A stretch of 64,000 nucleotides of DNA. Source: a virus (lineage: Duplodnaviria; Heunggongvirae; Uroviricota; Caudoviricetes). How positions within the stretch are numbered: position 1 is the stretch's first letter; every line of letters begins with the position of its first letter. Below are positions 35,930 to 45,911 of this stretch, in pieces. The position numbers were made by a program, and so were the translations under genes. The stretch spans positions 10,733 through 74,732 of the IMG/VR virus record IMGVR_UViG_3300037067_004979; one strand, written 5' to 3'. Under the pieces are notes generated by a model. That model was given only the letters and a program-made list of their open reading frames with translations, had not been told where the DNA came from and ran no database searches.

Positions 35930-36445
35930 TTAGTGTATTCAAGAGAATTGATGGGAGAAGAAAGATATAATAAAATTAATGAAAAGAGGAAATTAAAAAT
36001 AAGTTTAAATTCAAACAAAGAAGGATGTAGAAATGGACAGAGATTGGGTGTTGAGTCTAGAAGAAAAAATGGTACTAAATGGTCTGTTTATGCAAAAGGT
36101 AGAACAAGTGAAAAATATAAGGGAAGAGTTCCTTGGAATAAAGGACTAACAAAACTAACCGATGCTAGAATTAAGAAACTTGCTGACTCTAAAACTATTC
36201 ATCATGAAAAAATAAATCGCAAGGACTATGGTTGGACTCTTGAACTACGTCAGAAAATTCGTACTAGAGATAATTGGTGTTGTACAAAGTGTGGTAAGAA
36301 TCAACATCATCTAAGGTGGGTATTATGTATACATCATATTGATCTTAACCCTAAAAATAATTCTGAAGATAATCTTATATCAATGTGTAGAGCTTGTCAT
36401 AATGCATTTCATAGTTCTTTATTTCCAAAGCGAAAAAAGTTTTAA
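35930..36445 (+). CDS. HNH homing endonuclease with AP2-like VPWNKGL motif
   Basis: GRVPWNKGLTK; CCTKCGKNQ...HHIDLNPKNN...CRACHN = HNH; very AT-rich insertion between capsid and decoration genes; start ambiguous (TTG 35915 / GTG 35930 / ATG 35951). Confidence 0.65.
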   Translation, partial: LVYSRELMGEERYNKINEKRKLKISLNSNKEGCRNGQRLGVESRRKNGTKWSVYAKGRTSEKYKGRVPWNKGLTKLTDARIKKLADSKTIHHEKINRKDYGWTLELRQKIRTRDNWCCTKCGKNQHHLRWVLCIHHIDLNPKNNSEDNLISMCRACHNAFHSSLFPKRKKF

Positions 36446-36532
36446 GTGTATCGGTTTATCAATATATAATGAATAATCACATCCAGTATGGATGTCTAGA
36501 TTATGGCTATGAGATATTAGGAGGTATAATTA

Positions 36533-36874
36533 ATGGGTGCTTTATCCTTAGGTAGTCCCACAATTGTATTTAAGTCTGTTTTTGGTAATAAGAGAGTTGT
36601 GGTTTGTACTCTCACATTTGGGGATGGTTCCTCAACCTGGACATCAGGTGGTTTTGCATTTACACCATCACAGGTTGGTATGACAAAGTTTGAATTTGTG
36701 GCAATTGATGGTGATGGACAGCAATTCTATATCTATGATTACACAAATGAGAAGATTAATGCTTACTTACCTGGGTCTACTACAGGTGCTACATATGTAA
36801 TGGGTTTGGCTAGTGCTAGTACACCTGCTGCAGGAACAATAAGACTTCTTTGTATTGGATATGGTGCATTTTAA
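36533..36874 (+). CDS. 113-aa structural protein (possible head decoration/fibre), tandem duplicate A
   Basis: RBS TAGGAGGT; LTFGDG...FTPSQVGMTKFEFVAIDGDG...TIRLLCIGYGAF. Confidence 0.5.
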   Translation: MGALSLGSPTIVFKSVFGNKRVVVCTLTFGDGSSTWTSGGFAFTPSQVGMTKFEFVAIDGDGQQFYIYDYTNEKINAYLPGSTTGATYVMGLASASTPAAGTIRLLCIGYGAF

Positions 36875-36892
36875 TTACGGAGGTGAAAATTA

Positions 36893-37234
36893 ATGGCTGA
36901 TGTAACTTTAGGTAATCCAACCACAATTTTCAGATCCGTATTTGGTAACAAGAGAATTGTAACTGCTACCCTAACTTTTGGTGGTGGTACACTTGATTGG
37001 CCAAAAGAAGGGCTCTCTTTTACACCATCACAACTGGGATTGACTAAATTCGAATTTGTTAAGATAGATTCTGATGGAGAATTTCTCTATTGGTATAATT
37101 ATACAAGTCAGTTAATCATGGCTTTTACAGCGGCTTCAGTTCCTGGTGCTAGTGTATTAAATGTAGTGGTGGATGATGCTCATAAAACATCTTGTACTAT
37201 AAGATTGTTATGTGTTGGTTATGGTGCTGGATAA
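36893..37234 (+). CDS. 113-aa structural protein, tandem duplicate B
   Basis: Colinear with A: LTFGGG...FTPSQLGLTKFEFVKIDSDG...TIRLLCVGYGAG. Confidence 0.5.
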   Translation: MADVTLGNPTTIFRSVFGNKRIVTATLTFGGGTLDWPKEGLSFTPSQLGLTKFEFVKIDSDGEFLYWYNYTSQLIMAFTAASVPGASVLNVVVDDAHKTSCTIRLLCVGYGAG

Positions 37235-37251
37235 GGAGGAGGTGATATTTA

Positions 37252-37815
37252 ATGGCTACCAAGATCCTTAGAGTTGTACAAGACATAGCACATGATCAGC
37301 TAACTGTATATAGCACTCTACAGAATCTGATTAATACCAATCATGTATATTCAGATGAAATAAAGGACTATGAGGTAACTCCATTTGGAGCTAATCAATT
37401 TCTCATATCTCTGATATTCCTGTGGTTACAACAGGAGTGGGCAGAAGGAATGATAAAGCTCCAAGTTGGTGTTGCTAGACGGCTTAAAAAGAGATGTACT
37501 AAGGCAATTGGATTTGTTGTGAAAACAATAAAGACCTTTCAGGTTAATCATCTCATGAGTAAAACCTCTACACTATTACTAACTGCTGTTAAAGCCTTTA
37601 GGATTAGATATAAGAGATCAATAAATACAACTAGTGTGTTAATCACAGCTGTACTGGTGCATCTTGTAAGGCACTATTGGTCTGCTGATACTCTACTTGT
37701 GGTGATTAAGACATTCCTGAGTGGATTTAGTCGTAGTGGTACTAATCTTAATCTATATTGTGTAACAACAAATTATAGAGCTTGGTATAATGGAGTAGAA
37801 GTAGAGCAGGGTTAA
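37252..37815 (+). CDS. basic hydrophobic hypothetical protein
   Basis: RBS AGGAGGT; 187 aa. Confidence 0.45.
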   Translation: MATKILRVVQDIAHDQLTVYSTLQNLINTNHVYSDEIKDYEVTPFGANQFLISLIFLWLQQEWAEGMIKLQVGVARRLKKRCTKAIGFVVKTIKTFQVNHLMSKTSTLLLTAVKAFRIRYKRSINTTSVLITAVLVHLVRHYWSADTLLVVIKTFLSGFSRSGTNLNLYCVTTNYRAWYNGVEVEQG

Positions 37816-37827
37816 AGGAGGTAAATA

Positions 37828-38010
37828 ATGACTGTTAAGAAGGAAAAGGGAATATCTGTTGGTAAGGTAGTTAAATCTAAGAAAAATAATAAATACCTTG
37901 AGTGTACTTTTTGTGGTAATAAACAAACCACTCTTAATAACCTAGATGAAACTGCATTCTGGTGTACAGTATGTGGTAGATGTAATTTGGCGAGGTGGAA
38001 AGAGGATTAG
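37828..38010 (+). CDS. small zinc-ribbon protein
   Basis: RBS AAGGAGGT; CTFCGNKQ...CTVCGRC. Confidence 0.45.
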   Translation: MTVKKEKGISVGKVVKSKKNNKYLECTFCGNKQTTLNNLDETAFWCTVCGRCNLARWKED

Positions 38011-38384
38011 GCTTAATGGAATGGAGAGATCTAGTACCAATACTGATATCAATATTTACACTAATAATAGGATTTGTTATTCAGTACTTTACCATAATCA
38101 GTAAGATAACTGAGAGATTAAAAGAGGTTGAGATAAAGGTTGAACCATTCTGGAAGATAATTGAGCAGGAGATACCAAAGATACTACACTCTCCCCACAC
38201 TCCAGAATTAGACAGTCTACTGGAAAAGATGATGGCTGGTAACCTAACCAGTGGTGAGGCCTATACTCTAAAGTGTATTTTAAAGAGAGATCTTGATACG
38301 GAATCTGATAAGGTTAGGGCTCTTTCAATGGTTCTTTTAATGGCTAGATTGGAACAATATGATAAGAGGATGTGCATAAAGTGA
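37995..38384 (+). CDS. membrane-anchored hypothetical protein
   Basis: N-terminal TM helix. Confidence 0.4.
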   Translation: MERGLGLMEWRDLVPILISIFTLIIGFVIQYFTIISKITERLKEVEIKVEPFWKIIEQEIPKILHSPHTPELDSLLEKMMAGNLTSGEAYTLKCILKRDLDTESDKVRALSMVLLMARLEQYDKRMCIK

Positions 38385-38698
38385 TACCAATACTAAATTT
38401 AATAGATGTTTTTGCTCTATTGATTGTTACGTCATGTACAATTGTATCATGGAAGATGTATCGATTAATACCAATAAAGCATCTCTTATTTCTATTTGTG
38501 GGGTTTTTGTTACTGATAATAACAAGAATTGGATTTGTTGTTATCAATTATCTGCCTCTTGGTGAGGACGTTATGATAAATAGATTTATTGGTGAAAACA
38601 TGGTGGCCTTTGCAGTAGTTCCCTATACATTTATATTACTTGGATTGTACTTTCTTTATCAGGCGATCAATACATTTATTGGAGGAGATGGTGAGTAA
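38372..38698 (+). CDS. multi-pass membrane protein (holin-like candidate)
   Basis: Three hydrophobic helices in 108 aa. Confidence 0.35.
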   Translation: MHKVIPILNLIDVFALLIVTSCTIVSWKMYRLIPIKHLLFLFVGFLLLIITRIGFVVINYLPLGEDVMINRFIGENMVAFAVVPYTFILLGLYFLYQAINTFIGGDGE

Positions 38699-38984
38699 GA
38701 CACGAGAGAAAGTTGTTTTAAAAGTTAGAATACCTAAATTTATAATTAGTATGTTAGATAGGAGTGGTCTGCTAGGTCTTGAGAAAAATATAACTGAGAG
38801 TGAATTTCAGCAGATTGCTCTTTATAACTATGAACATAGAACTTCCGAGGGAAGGATTAAGGCCTCAGGTAAGTCCTATGTTGACTGGCTTGGAAATGTA
38901 CATTTTATACAGAGGGATGCTAAGGGTAGGAAGATATCTGAATCAATTCACCTACCTGATGGGCGCATATTAAATAGGAGGTAA
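38640..38984 (+). CDS. hypothetical protein
   Basis: 114-aa ORF. Confidence 0.35.
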   Translation: MDCTFFIRRSIHLLEEMVSKTREKVVLKVRIPKFIISMLDRSGLLGLEKNITESEFQQIALYNYEHRTSEGRIKASGKSYVDWLGNVHFIQRDAKGRKISESIHLPDGRILNRR

Positions 38985-38990
38985 TTAAAA

Positions 38991-39392
38991 TTGGCTGTAG
39001 TTATTAATAGTGGTTTTACTGAGACTGCCTTACTTATGATCGGTGGGTCTGCTACTGCATTTAAGATCATGGGTCTTGGTACTGGATCTCTAGCAGATAG
39101 TGTTGCACAGACTTCAACAGCTCTTGCTACTCTAATTACTGAGGATAGTGGTTTGTCAAAAGCTACCGCTACCACAGCAGTAGCAAACAGTGCGGTAACA
39201 GGTGATACCTCAACCTTTGAGTATACCTGGACTTCAACAAAGGGTTCTACCGTTAATGTGAAGGAGTGTGGTGTATTTAACAGTGCTGGTTCGCCTGTTG
39301 AGTTATGCTATGGTACCTTTGCAAACGCAATACCTATGGAATCAGGTGATACTCTTAAGGTTTCTTGGTCTGTACAAGTTAAGGGTCCGTAA
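38991..39392 (+). CDS. Ala/Thr/Ser-rich structural protein
   Basis: 133 aa followed by terminator. Confidence 0.45.
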   Translation: MAVVINSGFTETALLMIGGSATAFKIMGLGTGSLADSVAQTSTALATLITEDSGLSKATATTAVANSAVTGDTSTFEYTWTSTKGSTVNVKECGVFNSAGSPVELCYGTFANAIPMESGDTLKVSWSVQVKGP

Positions 39393-39431
39393 AACAAATA
39401 GTTAAAAAAGAGCAGGGTGTTGCTCTATAAA

Positions 39432-39475
39432 ACAGGGTGGAGGTTGATGAGACTTTCGCCCTGTTTTTATTTTTG
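39432..39475 (+). terminator. rho-independent terminator
   Basis: ACAGGGTGG...CGCCCTGT + TTTTTATTTTT. Confidence 0.6.
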
Positions 39476-39490
39476 AAAGGAGGTATAGCT

Positions 39491-39622
39491 ATGAATATAG
39501 AATTACATGCAGTTAGATATAATCCTAATGTTGCAGGGGATGCCATCACTATAAAAATTAATTGTGATAAGGATGAGTATGCCGCTGCTATGAAACTAAT
39601 AGACAAATTTAAGAATAGTTAA
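39491..39622 (+). CDS. small hypothetical protein (43 aa)
   Basis: RBS AGGAGGT; track ORF 39437 trimmed to this ATG. Confidence 0.35.
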   Translation: MNIELHAVRYNPNVAGDAITIKINCDKDEYAAAMKLIDKFKNS

Positions 39623-39633
39623 GGAGGTAGGTT

Positions 39634-41679
39634 TTGAAACTCATTTGGCATAGTACCGCAAATTTTGTGGGGACTGGTTATGGTGTAATAACCAGAGACC
39701 TTGTGCATAGAATAAAGAGTCTTGGTCATGATGTAGATATCTACACAAAGCACTTTCTAGGTGGAAACATAGTTGTTGAGGGTGTTAATAACTATGATGG
39801 TACTCAGATGGATGTAATTAATCATAAACTTGAGAGTGAGGGGTACGACTACATTATTACCTTTGGGGATGCTTGGGTGTATCCAGATAGAGTAAATTAC
39901 TACTTTACAAAAAACAAGTGGGTGTCATCTATGTTTTTGGATGTGCAATTTATGCATCCAAGAATGGTAGAGGCCATGAATCAGTGTCAATACCAGTTAA
40001 CTCTTACAAAGCACGGTAAGAGTGAGTTGGAGAGATCTGGATTTAAGCCACTCTATGCACCACTTGGTGTTGACATGAAGAAATTTAGGCCAGATGAGGA
40101 GCTACGTAATTCATTTAGGAAGAAGTATGGTTGGGAGGATAAATTTGTTTATGGTTTTTTAGGTATCAACTATGGTACAGATAGAAAAAATATCATAAAT
40201 CTAATAAAGGCCTTCCAGGCAATAAACAAGAAGCATCCAGAAACAATCCTATACTTGCATACATCTTTGAATGGTGCACCAACAAGTGGTTTACCAATAG
40301 ACTGGATACTTCAATCATGTGGATTTCCAGTAGATAATACTGGTCCAGTTAGGTTTTGTAACCAGGATGACTACAGGACCTGGGTTATATCTCAAGATGA
40401 ACTTGTTGGTCTCTATAATGCATTTGATGTATTTGCATTCCCAACACAGGGTGAGGGATTTGGTATGCCAATTGTTGAGGCTCAGGCTTGTGGTTGTCCG
40501 ATCATAACAACTGATACCACAAGTGGTGGGGAGCTATTTAAGAGTGGTTGGTTAATTCCAATTGATGATGATGATTATGAGTTCTCCACACATAAGTCAT
40601 GGTTTGCCAAGGTTAGATTAAATAAGATTTATGAATATATGGAGAAATCCTATAATGATGTTAAAGCTGATACTGATAATATTCTAAGAAAAAATGCAAG
40701 AAATAATATACTTGAGTATGATATAGATACAGTATTTAATAAGTATTGGGTACCAATGCTAAACTTCCTTGAAGAGGCCAAGAAAACCCCTGTTAAGTTA
40801 CCAAACTGGACAAAGGAGATATATAGTGTTTGTGGTGGTAGAATATATCCTGACGCAGGGGATTGTGGGGCCTATCACTCATGTGATAGACAGTGTGATA
40901 AATTAAATCTATTTAGATTTCCATGTGAACCTCTTACAGAGGGTAGAAGTTTAATGATGAGAAGTTATCCATTATTCCCAGATAGAGATATGAAGGACAT
41001 GCTTATAGATTCTAGATGTCCAATGTCTAAGTGGGTAGCTGAGAGATTTACAGATGAGGTAAATGCTGCATGGGATAGAGTTATTGAGTACCCATCTCTA
41101 AGAAGATTCTATAAGGATAAGTGTGATGAGGGATTCTTTGATAACTTTGTTACCTCTAAATTGAAAGATAGAAACCTTAATTTTGATTCTGAGTATTCAA
41201 GGATCTTTTCTCTGCCATGGACAACCATATTTCAGGTAAGTGAAGAGGTTATAAATTTCTTTAGTGATTGCAAGCAGGTTCTTGATATTGGTTCTGGGGA
41301 AGGCAAGATAGTTAGAGCTCTTAATGATAGAGGAATAAATACAAAGGGTCTTGAGATAAACAGGGATAGAGTTGATAATAATCTAATTCTTTATGGTAAT
41401 GTTACAGATATACCATATGGGGATAAGACAATAGATGGCATAATTTGTATTGATACACTAGAGCATATCAGTGATCCTATCAAGGCCTTAAGAGAGATAT
41501 TTAGGGTAGCTAGAAAACGTGTTTTAATACAGGTTACATCTCTTAATTCGTGGGCTTTCAGAGAGGATCCTACACACGTTGTAAAGTGGCAGGATTACAG
41601 ATGGTGGAGAGAGATAGCTGAATTTGGTAGGATTATCAAGAAGGACGGCCAGAGGTTCTATGTGGAGGTAGTAGACTAA
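39634..41679 (+). CDS. GT4 glycosyltransferase fused to C-terminal class I SAM methyltransferase
   Basis: TTG start after AAGGAGGT; EGFGMPIVEAQACGCPIITTD (GT4 E-x7-E); Cys-rich middle; VLDIGSGEGKIV...D methyltransferase motif I. Confidence 0.65.
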   Translation: MKLIWHSTANFVGTGYGVITRDLVHRIKSLGHDVDIYTKHFLGGNIVVEGVNNYDGTQMDVINHKLESEGYDYIITFGDAWVYPDRVNYYFTKNKWVSSMFLDVQFMHPRMVEAMNQCQYQLTLTKHGKSELERSGFKPLYAPLGVDMKKFRPDEELRNSFRKKYGWEDKFVYGFLGINYGTDRKNIINLIKAFQAINKKHPETILYLHTSLNGAPTSGLPIDWILQSCGFPVDNTGPVRFCNQDDYRTWVISQDELVGLYNAFDVFAFPTQGEGFGMPIVEAQACGCPIITTDTTSGGELFKSGWLIPIDDDDYEFSTHKSWFAKVRLNKIYEYMEKSYNDVKADTDNILRKNARNNILEYDIDTVFNKYWVPMLNFLEEAKKTPVKLPNWTKEIYSVCGGRIYPDAGDCGAYHSCDRQCDKLNLFRFPCEPLTEGRSLMMRSYPLFPDRDMKDMLIDSRCPMSKWVAERFTDEVNAAWDRVIEYPSLRRFYKDKCDEGFFDNFVTSKLKDRNLNFDSEYSRIFSLPWTTIFQVSEEVINFFSDCKQVLDIGSGEGKIVRALNDRGINTKGLEINRDRVDNNLILYGNVTDIPYGDKTIDGIICIDTLEHISDPIKALREIFRVARKRVLIQVTSLNSWAFREDPTHVVKWQDYRWWREIAEFGRIIKKDGQRFYVEVVD

Positions 41680-42806
41680 TGAAGATAATGTGGTCTTTTA
41701 TATCTCCATTAACACCATTTGGGTATGGTGTTGTTAGTAAGAACATGGTTCCAAGAATGATGGCAGATGGGCATGAGGTCATTGTTTGTGCATCACAGTA
41801 TGTTGGTCATCCAATGCAATATAATGGCATGAATATGATTTCCTTTCTTGATTGGCATGTGGTTAGGAATCTGTGTGATCACTTTGGTGTGGATTATATC
41901 TTTGATCTGTATAACTATAAGTTACCAGAGCAGCCACACTATAGAGACTGGGTAATGTGTGCAGCAATGGATTTTCCCTTTATGTATGATAGATATGCTG
42001 GACACATAAATGAGTTGGCTTCTCATGTGATAGCACCATCTAAACATAACATTAAGGAAATAAAGAGATTTGGGTTTAATCCTACATATGCTCCCTGGGG
42101 AGTTGATACAAAGTTATATAGACAGGATATGGATGCCAGAAAGAGAAAGAGAGATTCACTAAAGATAGATGATGATGTATTCATTGTTGGTACTGTGGGG
42201 GCAAACATATTTGATGATAGAAAAAATCTATTCAATACAATAAGAGCATTTAATAAGTTAGCCTCAGTTCATCCGGATGTGGCTCTATATATACACTGTT
42301 ATTTACATTCATCTTTACCATTGCTTAGATTTATTCAAACCAGTGGTTTTTCAGATAGAATTTACTATCCAGATCAGAGAAAGATAGAGCTGATGTCTAT
42401 ACAGGATGAGGAGATGGTAGATACATATAATGCAATGGATGTATTTGTCTGTGCTTCAAAGGGTGAGTCCTTTTGTTTACCTCTTGTTGAGGCACAATCC
42501 TGTGGTGTACCAGCCATAGTGACTGATACAACTGCCTTACCAGAGATGCTATATGGTGGATGGAAAATACCAGTTGATGAGGACGACTATGAATGGGCAT
42601 ACTTTGGTGGATGGTGGCCTAAGGTAAGGGCACAAAGTATATATGAACAGATGGAAATAGCTTATCAGGAGTGGAAAACTGGGACCATACAGTGTGAATC
42701 AGAAAGAGCTGAGCAGATCAGAACAGAGTTTGATTGGGATGTTGTCTATGATAAGCATTGGAAGCCTCTTTTAAAGGATCTGGAGAGTAAAAAATGCACC
42801 TTATAG
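41679..42806 (+). CDS. GT4 glycosyltransferase
   Basis: GESFCLPLVEAQSCGVPAIVTD; paralog of N-domain of previous. Confidence 0.65.
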   Translation: MKIMWSFISPLTPFGYGVVSKNMVPRMMADGHEVIVCASQYVGHPMQYNGMNMISFLDWHVVRNLCDHFGVDYIFDLYNYKLPEQPHYRDWVMCAAMDFPFMYDRYAGHINELASHVIAPSKHNIKEIKRFGFNPTYAPWGVDTKLYRQDMDARKRKRDSLKIDDDVFIVGTVGANIFDDRKNLFNTIRAFNKLASVHPDVALYIHCYLHSSLPLLRFIQTSGFSDRIYYPDQRKIELMSIQDEEMVDTYNAMDVFVCASKGESFCLPLVEAQSCGVPAIVTDTTALPEMLYGGWKIPVDEDDYEWAYFGGWWPKVRAQSIYEQMEIAYQEWKTGTIQCESERAEQIRTEFDWDVVYDKHWKPLLKDLESKKCTL

Positions 42807-43588
42807 TATTCCCAACTTTTAGATGTGGATTAAACTGTCCTTACTGTAGTTATATACATGATGGTGATAAATTGATCTTTCGTGGTTCTGGCATGGAGTT
42901 CGATCAGAATAGTATAATTAGTGCCAGTGAATGGATAGATATTTTCAATCAACAAAGAGCAGATATAATTGAATTTTCAGGGGGAGGTGAGCCATATAAA
43001 CATCCAGAGATACTTTCCATATTATCAGGGGTTCCTAGTAAATGGGCAATCACATCAAACACTCTTAATTCAAAAATTAATGAAACAGATTTATCTAAGT
43101 GTTGTTTATGGACTGCTAGTTTTCATCCACAGGTGTCAGACAAGGCAAAAATAACATTTTTTAATAATATACACTTTATAGCATCAAAAGTACCAACTTC
43201 TGTTACTCTAGTAGCAACACCACAAAGAATACAAGAGACTCTCCAGTGGGCTAATAGAATTCATAATATGGGTTTTAGAGTAAATATACATCCCTACTAT
43301 GATGATAGGGAGTTTAGTTGGTATGATTATCCAAACGAACTAGCCTTTCTTAAAAGATCAAAATTTGTGGTTTATGATGAAATGATGTTTAAATATAGTG
43401 GATATAAGAGTCCTAGATTATGTGGGGCTGGTAACAATTATAAGATGTACGGACCAGATGGAAAATCATACAGATGTATGTCTGATTTGATGTTTAAAAG
43501 GGATTCAACAGAAGCTGTTTTTTGTGATAATTTTTGTCCTTTCCCTTGTGATTGGAGTCAAGTGATTAAAGATGATAGAAACATTTAG
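42794..43588 (+). CDS. radical SAM enzyme with Cys-rich C-terminal region
   Basis: FRCGLNCPYCSY (CxxxCxxC), SGGGEP motif; C-terminal C...C...C-x3-C-x3-C. Confidence 0.65.
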   Translation: MHLIVFPTFRCGLNCPYCSYIHDGDKLIFRGSGMEFDQNSIISASEWIDIFNQQRADIIEFSGGGEPYKHPEILSILSGVPSKWAITSNTLNSKINETDLSKCCLWTASFHPQVSDKAKITFFNNIHFIASKVPTSVTLVATPQRIQETLQWANRIHNMGFRVNIHPYYDDREFSWYDYPNELAFLKRSKFVVYDEMMFKYSGYKSPRLCGAGNNYKMYGPDGKSYRCMSDLMFKRDSTEAVFCDNFCPFPCDWSQVIKDDRNI

Positions 43589-44270
43589 ATTTAGAGGTAA
43601 GTCAAATAGTGGTGTTTTCTTTTTTAAGGGTAAACCCTATCAATATTACAATCATACATATAATGCTGTTGGTTTAAATGAAAGAACTATAGAAATACCA
43701 ATAATTAATGGCTACTTTGAGAAATACAGAGGAAAAGATGTATTGGAAATAGGACACACTCTTGGACACTATCTAACTAAATATGATCATGATATAGTTG
43801 ATAAGTGTGAAGAAGCTCCTGGGGTAACCAATGTTGATATAGTAGATTTTGAGCCCACTAAAAAATACGATTTAATATTTTCTATATCTACTATGGAGCA
43901 TGTTGGTAATGATGAGGCTTTTGAGGAAAGCCCAGATAAAGATAAGGTTAAAGTGGCCTTTGATAGGTGTGTATCTTGGTTAAAGCCAGATGGAGCATTT
44001 ATCTGTACTTTCCCACTAGGGTTTAACTATCACCTTGATACTAGAGTTATGAATGGTGAAATAAAGTTTGATGAGTTGTATTGTTTTGGTAGGGAGAGTT
44101 CTACTATCAATCATTGGATATTTACCTCCTTTGAAACAGCTTATAAATCAGATCTTAAGGTAATGAGGACTTCTATTAAAGATATAAATGGTGTTTTACA
44201 GCCATTTACAATATGTTTCTTTGTAGCTATAGGTATAATTTATGGAGGAAATAATGACAGAGAAGAATAA
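43572..44270 (+). CDS. putative SAM-dependent methyltransferase-fold protein
   Basis: DVLEIGHTLGHY, DLIFSISTMEHV, LKPDGAFI resemble MTase motifs I-III; tentative. Confidence 0.4.
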   Translation: MIETFRFRGKSNSGVFFFKGKPYQYYNHTYNAVGLNERTIEIPIINGYFEKYRGKDVLEIGHTLGHYLTKYDHDIVDKCEEAPGVTNVDIVDFEPTKKYDLIFSISTMEHVGNDEAFEESPDKDKVKVAFDRCVSWLKPDGAFICTFPLGFNYHLDTRVMNGEIKFDELYCFGRESSTINHWIFTSFETAYKSDLKVMRTSIKDINGVLQPFTICFFVAIGIIYGGNNDREE

Positions 44271-44913
44271 ACATATTCCATGGAATAGAGGTCTTACTAA
44301 GTATTCAGACAACAGAATTATGAAAGTTTCTATTGAAATGTCCGGGAAAATTAGATCAAAGGAACACAGTTTAAATATTTCTCTATCTAAAATTGGTGTA
44401 AAAAATATAAAAAAATCTATACAAATGAAAGATAATTCTAGTGGTTCTAAGAATTTATTCTATGGTCATCATCATACACAAGAAACTAAAAACAAGATTA
44501 GTATTGCAAATAAAGGTAGAAGATACCCAGGCAGAAAATTACCCTCTCTTATGGGAAATAATAACCCATCTAAACGTCCGGAAGTAAGATTATTGATAAG
44601 TAAGAGAGTTAGTGAAACTCATTGGAATACTTCCTTAGAGAAAAATCCTAACTGGAGAGGAGGTATATCTTTTTTACCTTATAAACCTTATAGACATCTA
44701 AAAAATCAAATTATTCATAGAGATAAATCTGATAGATGTCTTTTATGCGGAGAGGACACTAAGGTCCGTGTTATTCATCATATAGATTATATTAAGGTAA
44801 ATAATAATTTAAATAATCTATGTATATTATGTAATAGTTGTAATTCTAAAGTTAATAAAAATAGGTCTTATTGGGAAAACTATTTTGTTGGGAGGATTAA
44901 AGATGGAGTATAA
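44242..44913 (+). CDS. HNH homing endonuclease (AP2-like IPWNRGLTK)
   Basis: IPWNRGLTKYSD; CLLCGED...HHIDY...N...CNSCN HNH motif; AT-rich insertion in glycan cluster. Confidence 0.6.
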   Translation: MEEIMTEKNKHIPWNRGLTKYSDNRIMKVSIEMSGKIRSKEHSLNISLSKIGVKNIKKSIQMKDNSSGSKNLFYGHHHTQETKNKISIANKGRRYPGRKLPSLMGNNNPSKRPEVRLLISKRVSETHWNTSLEKNPNWRGGISFLPYKPYRHLKNQIIHRDKSDRCLLCGEDTKVRVIHHIDYIKVNNNLNNLCILCNSCNSKVNKNRSYWENYFVGRIKDGV

Positions 44914-45910
44914 ATTTACTTCAGAAGTACAAATGAACTATGAACACAGTAAGAAAAAATTAATTTCTTGTATATCTGGGGTTAATGGACAAGATGGTTC
45001 GTTTTTGGCTGAAATATTGTTAGAAAAAGGGTACGAAGTACATGGGATACTGCGTAGAAGTAGTGTTTCTAATACAAAAAATATAGATCATATAAAGAAT
45101 AATATATACTTACATGTGGGTGATGTAAATGATTCTAATTTTATTAATACTATACTCTATGATATACAACCAAATGAGTTTTATCATTTAGCTGCTCAGA
45201 GTCATGTCGGGTTAAGCTTTGATATCCCCATTTATACAGCTGAAACTGTTGCTATAGGTACATTAAATGTTCTCGAATCTGTAAGAAAATATTCCCCATT
45301 CACTAAAATATATTATGCGGGGACTTCTGAGTTATATGGCTCAGCTAAACCTCCTCAGAATGAAAATACTTTAATGCATCCCAATAGTCCATATTCTATA
45401 TCAAAGTTATTTGGTTTTGAGATGTCTAGATTATATAGAAAATCATATAATTTATTTATATCATGTGGCATACTTTTCAACCACGAATCTGAACGCAGAG
45501 GTGATGAATTTGTAACACAAAAAATTGTTAAGGGGTTGATAAACTGTAAATTAGGCAAACAAAAAAAGTTATACTTGGGCAATCTAGATGCTAAGAGAGA
45601 TTGGGGTTATGCAAGAGATTACTGTGAAGCTATGTGGATGATGCTTCAGCATGGAGAAGCAGATGATTTTGTTATAGGGACTGGAGAATCTTATTCAATA
45701 AGAGATTTTTTAAATGTTACTGGAGACTATGTTAAGATAGATTGGAAGGACTATGTTGAAATTGATTCTAATTTATTCAGACCCACTGAAACTGAGTACC
45801 TATTGGCAGCTCCCGGTAAGGCCTTCAGTAAGTTGGGTTGGAGACCTAAGGTTAGATTTGAACAATTGGTAAGAATTATGGTTGATGCACAGATAAATTT
45901 GGAGGTATAA
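44903..45910 (+). CDS. gmd: GDP-mannose 4,6-dehydratase
   Basis: ISGVNGQDGSFLAEILLEKGYEVHGILRRSS (Rossmann GxxGxxG), YSISK, catalytic region; start moved to ATG 44903 after GGAGGATTAAAG. Confidence 0.75.
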   Translation: MEYKFTSEVQMNYEHSKKKLISCISGVNGQDGSFLAEILLEKGYEVHGILRRSSVSNTKNIDHIKNNIYLHVGDVNDSNFINTILYDIQPNEFYHLAAQSHVGLSFDIPIYTAETVAIGTLNVLESVRKYSPFTKIYYAGTSELYGSAKPPQNENTLMHPNSPYSISKLFGFEMSRLYRKSYNLFISCGILFNHESERRGDEFVTQKIVKGLINCKLGKQKKLYLGNLDAKRDWGYARDYCEAMWMMLQHGEADDFVIGTGESYSIRDFLNVTGDYVKIDWKDYVEIDSNLFRPTETEYLLAAPGKAFSKLGWRPKVRFEQLVRIMVDAQINLEV

Positions 45911-45911
45911 T

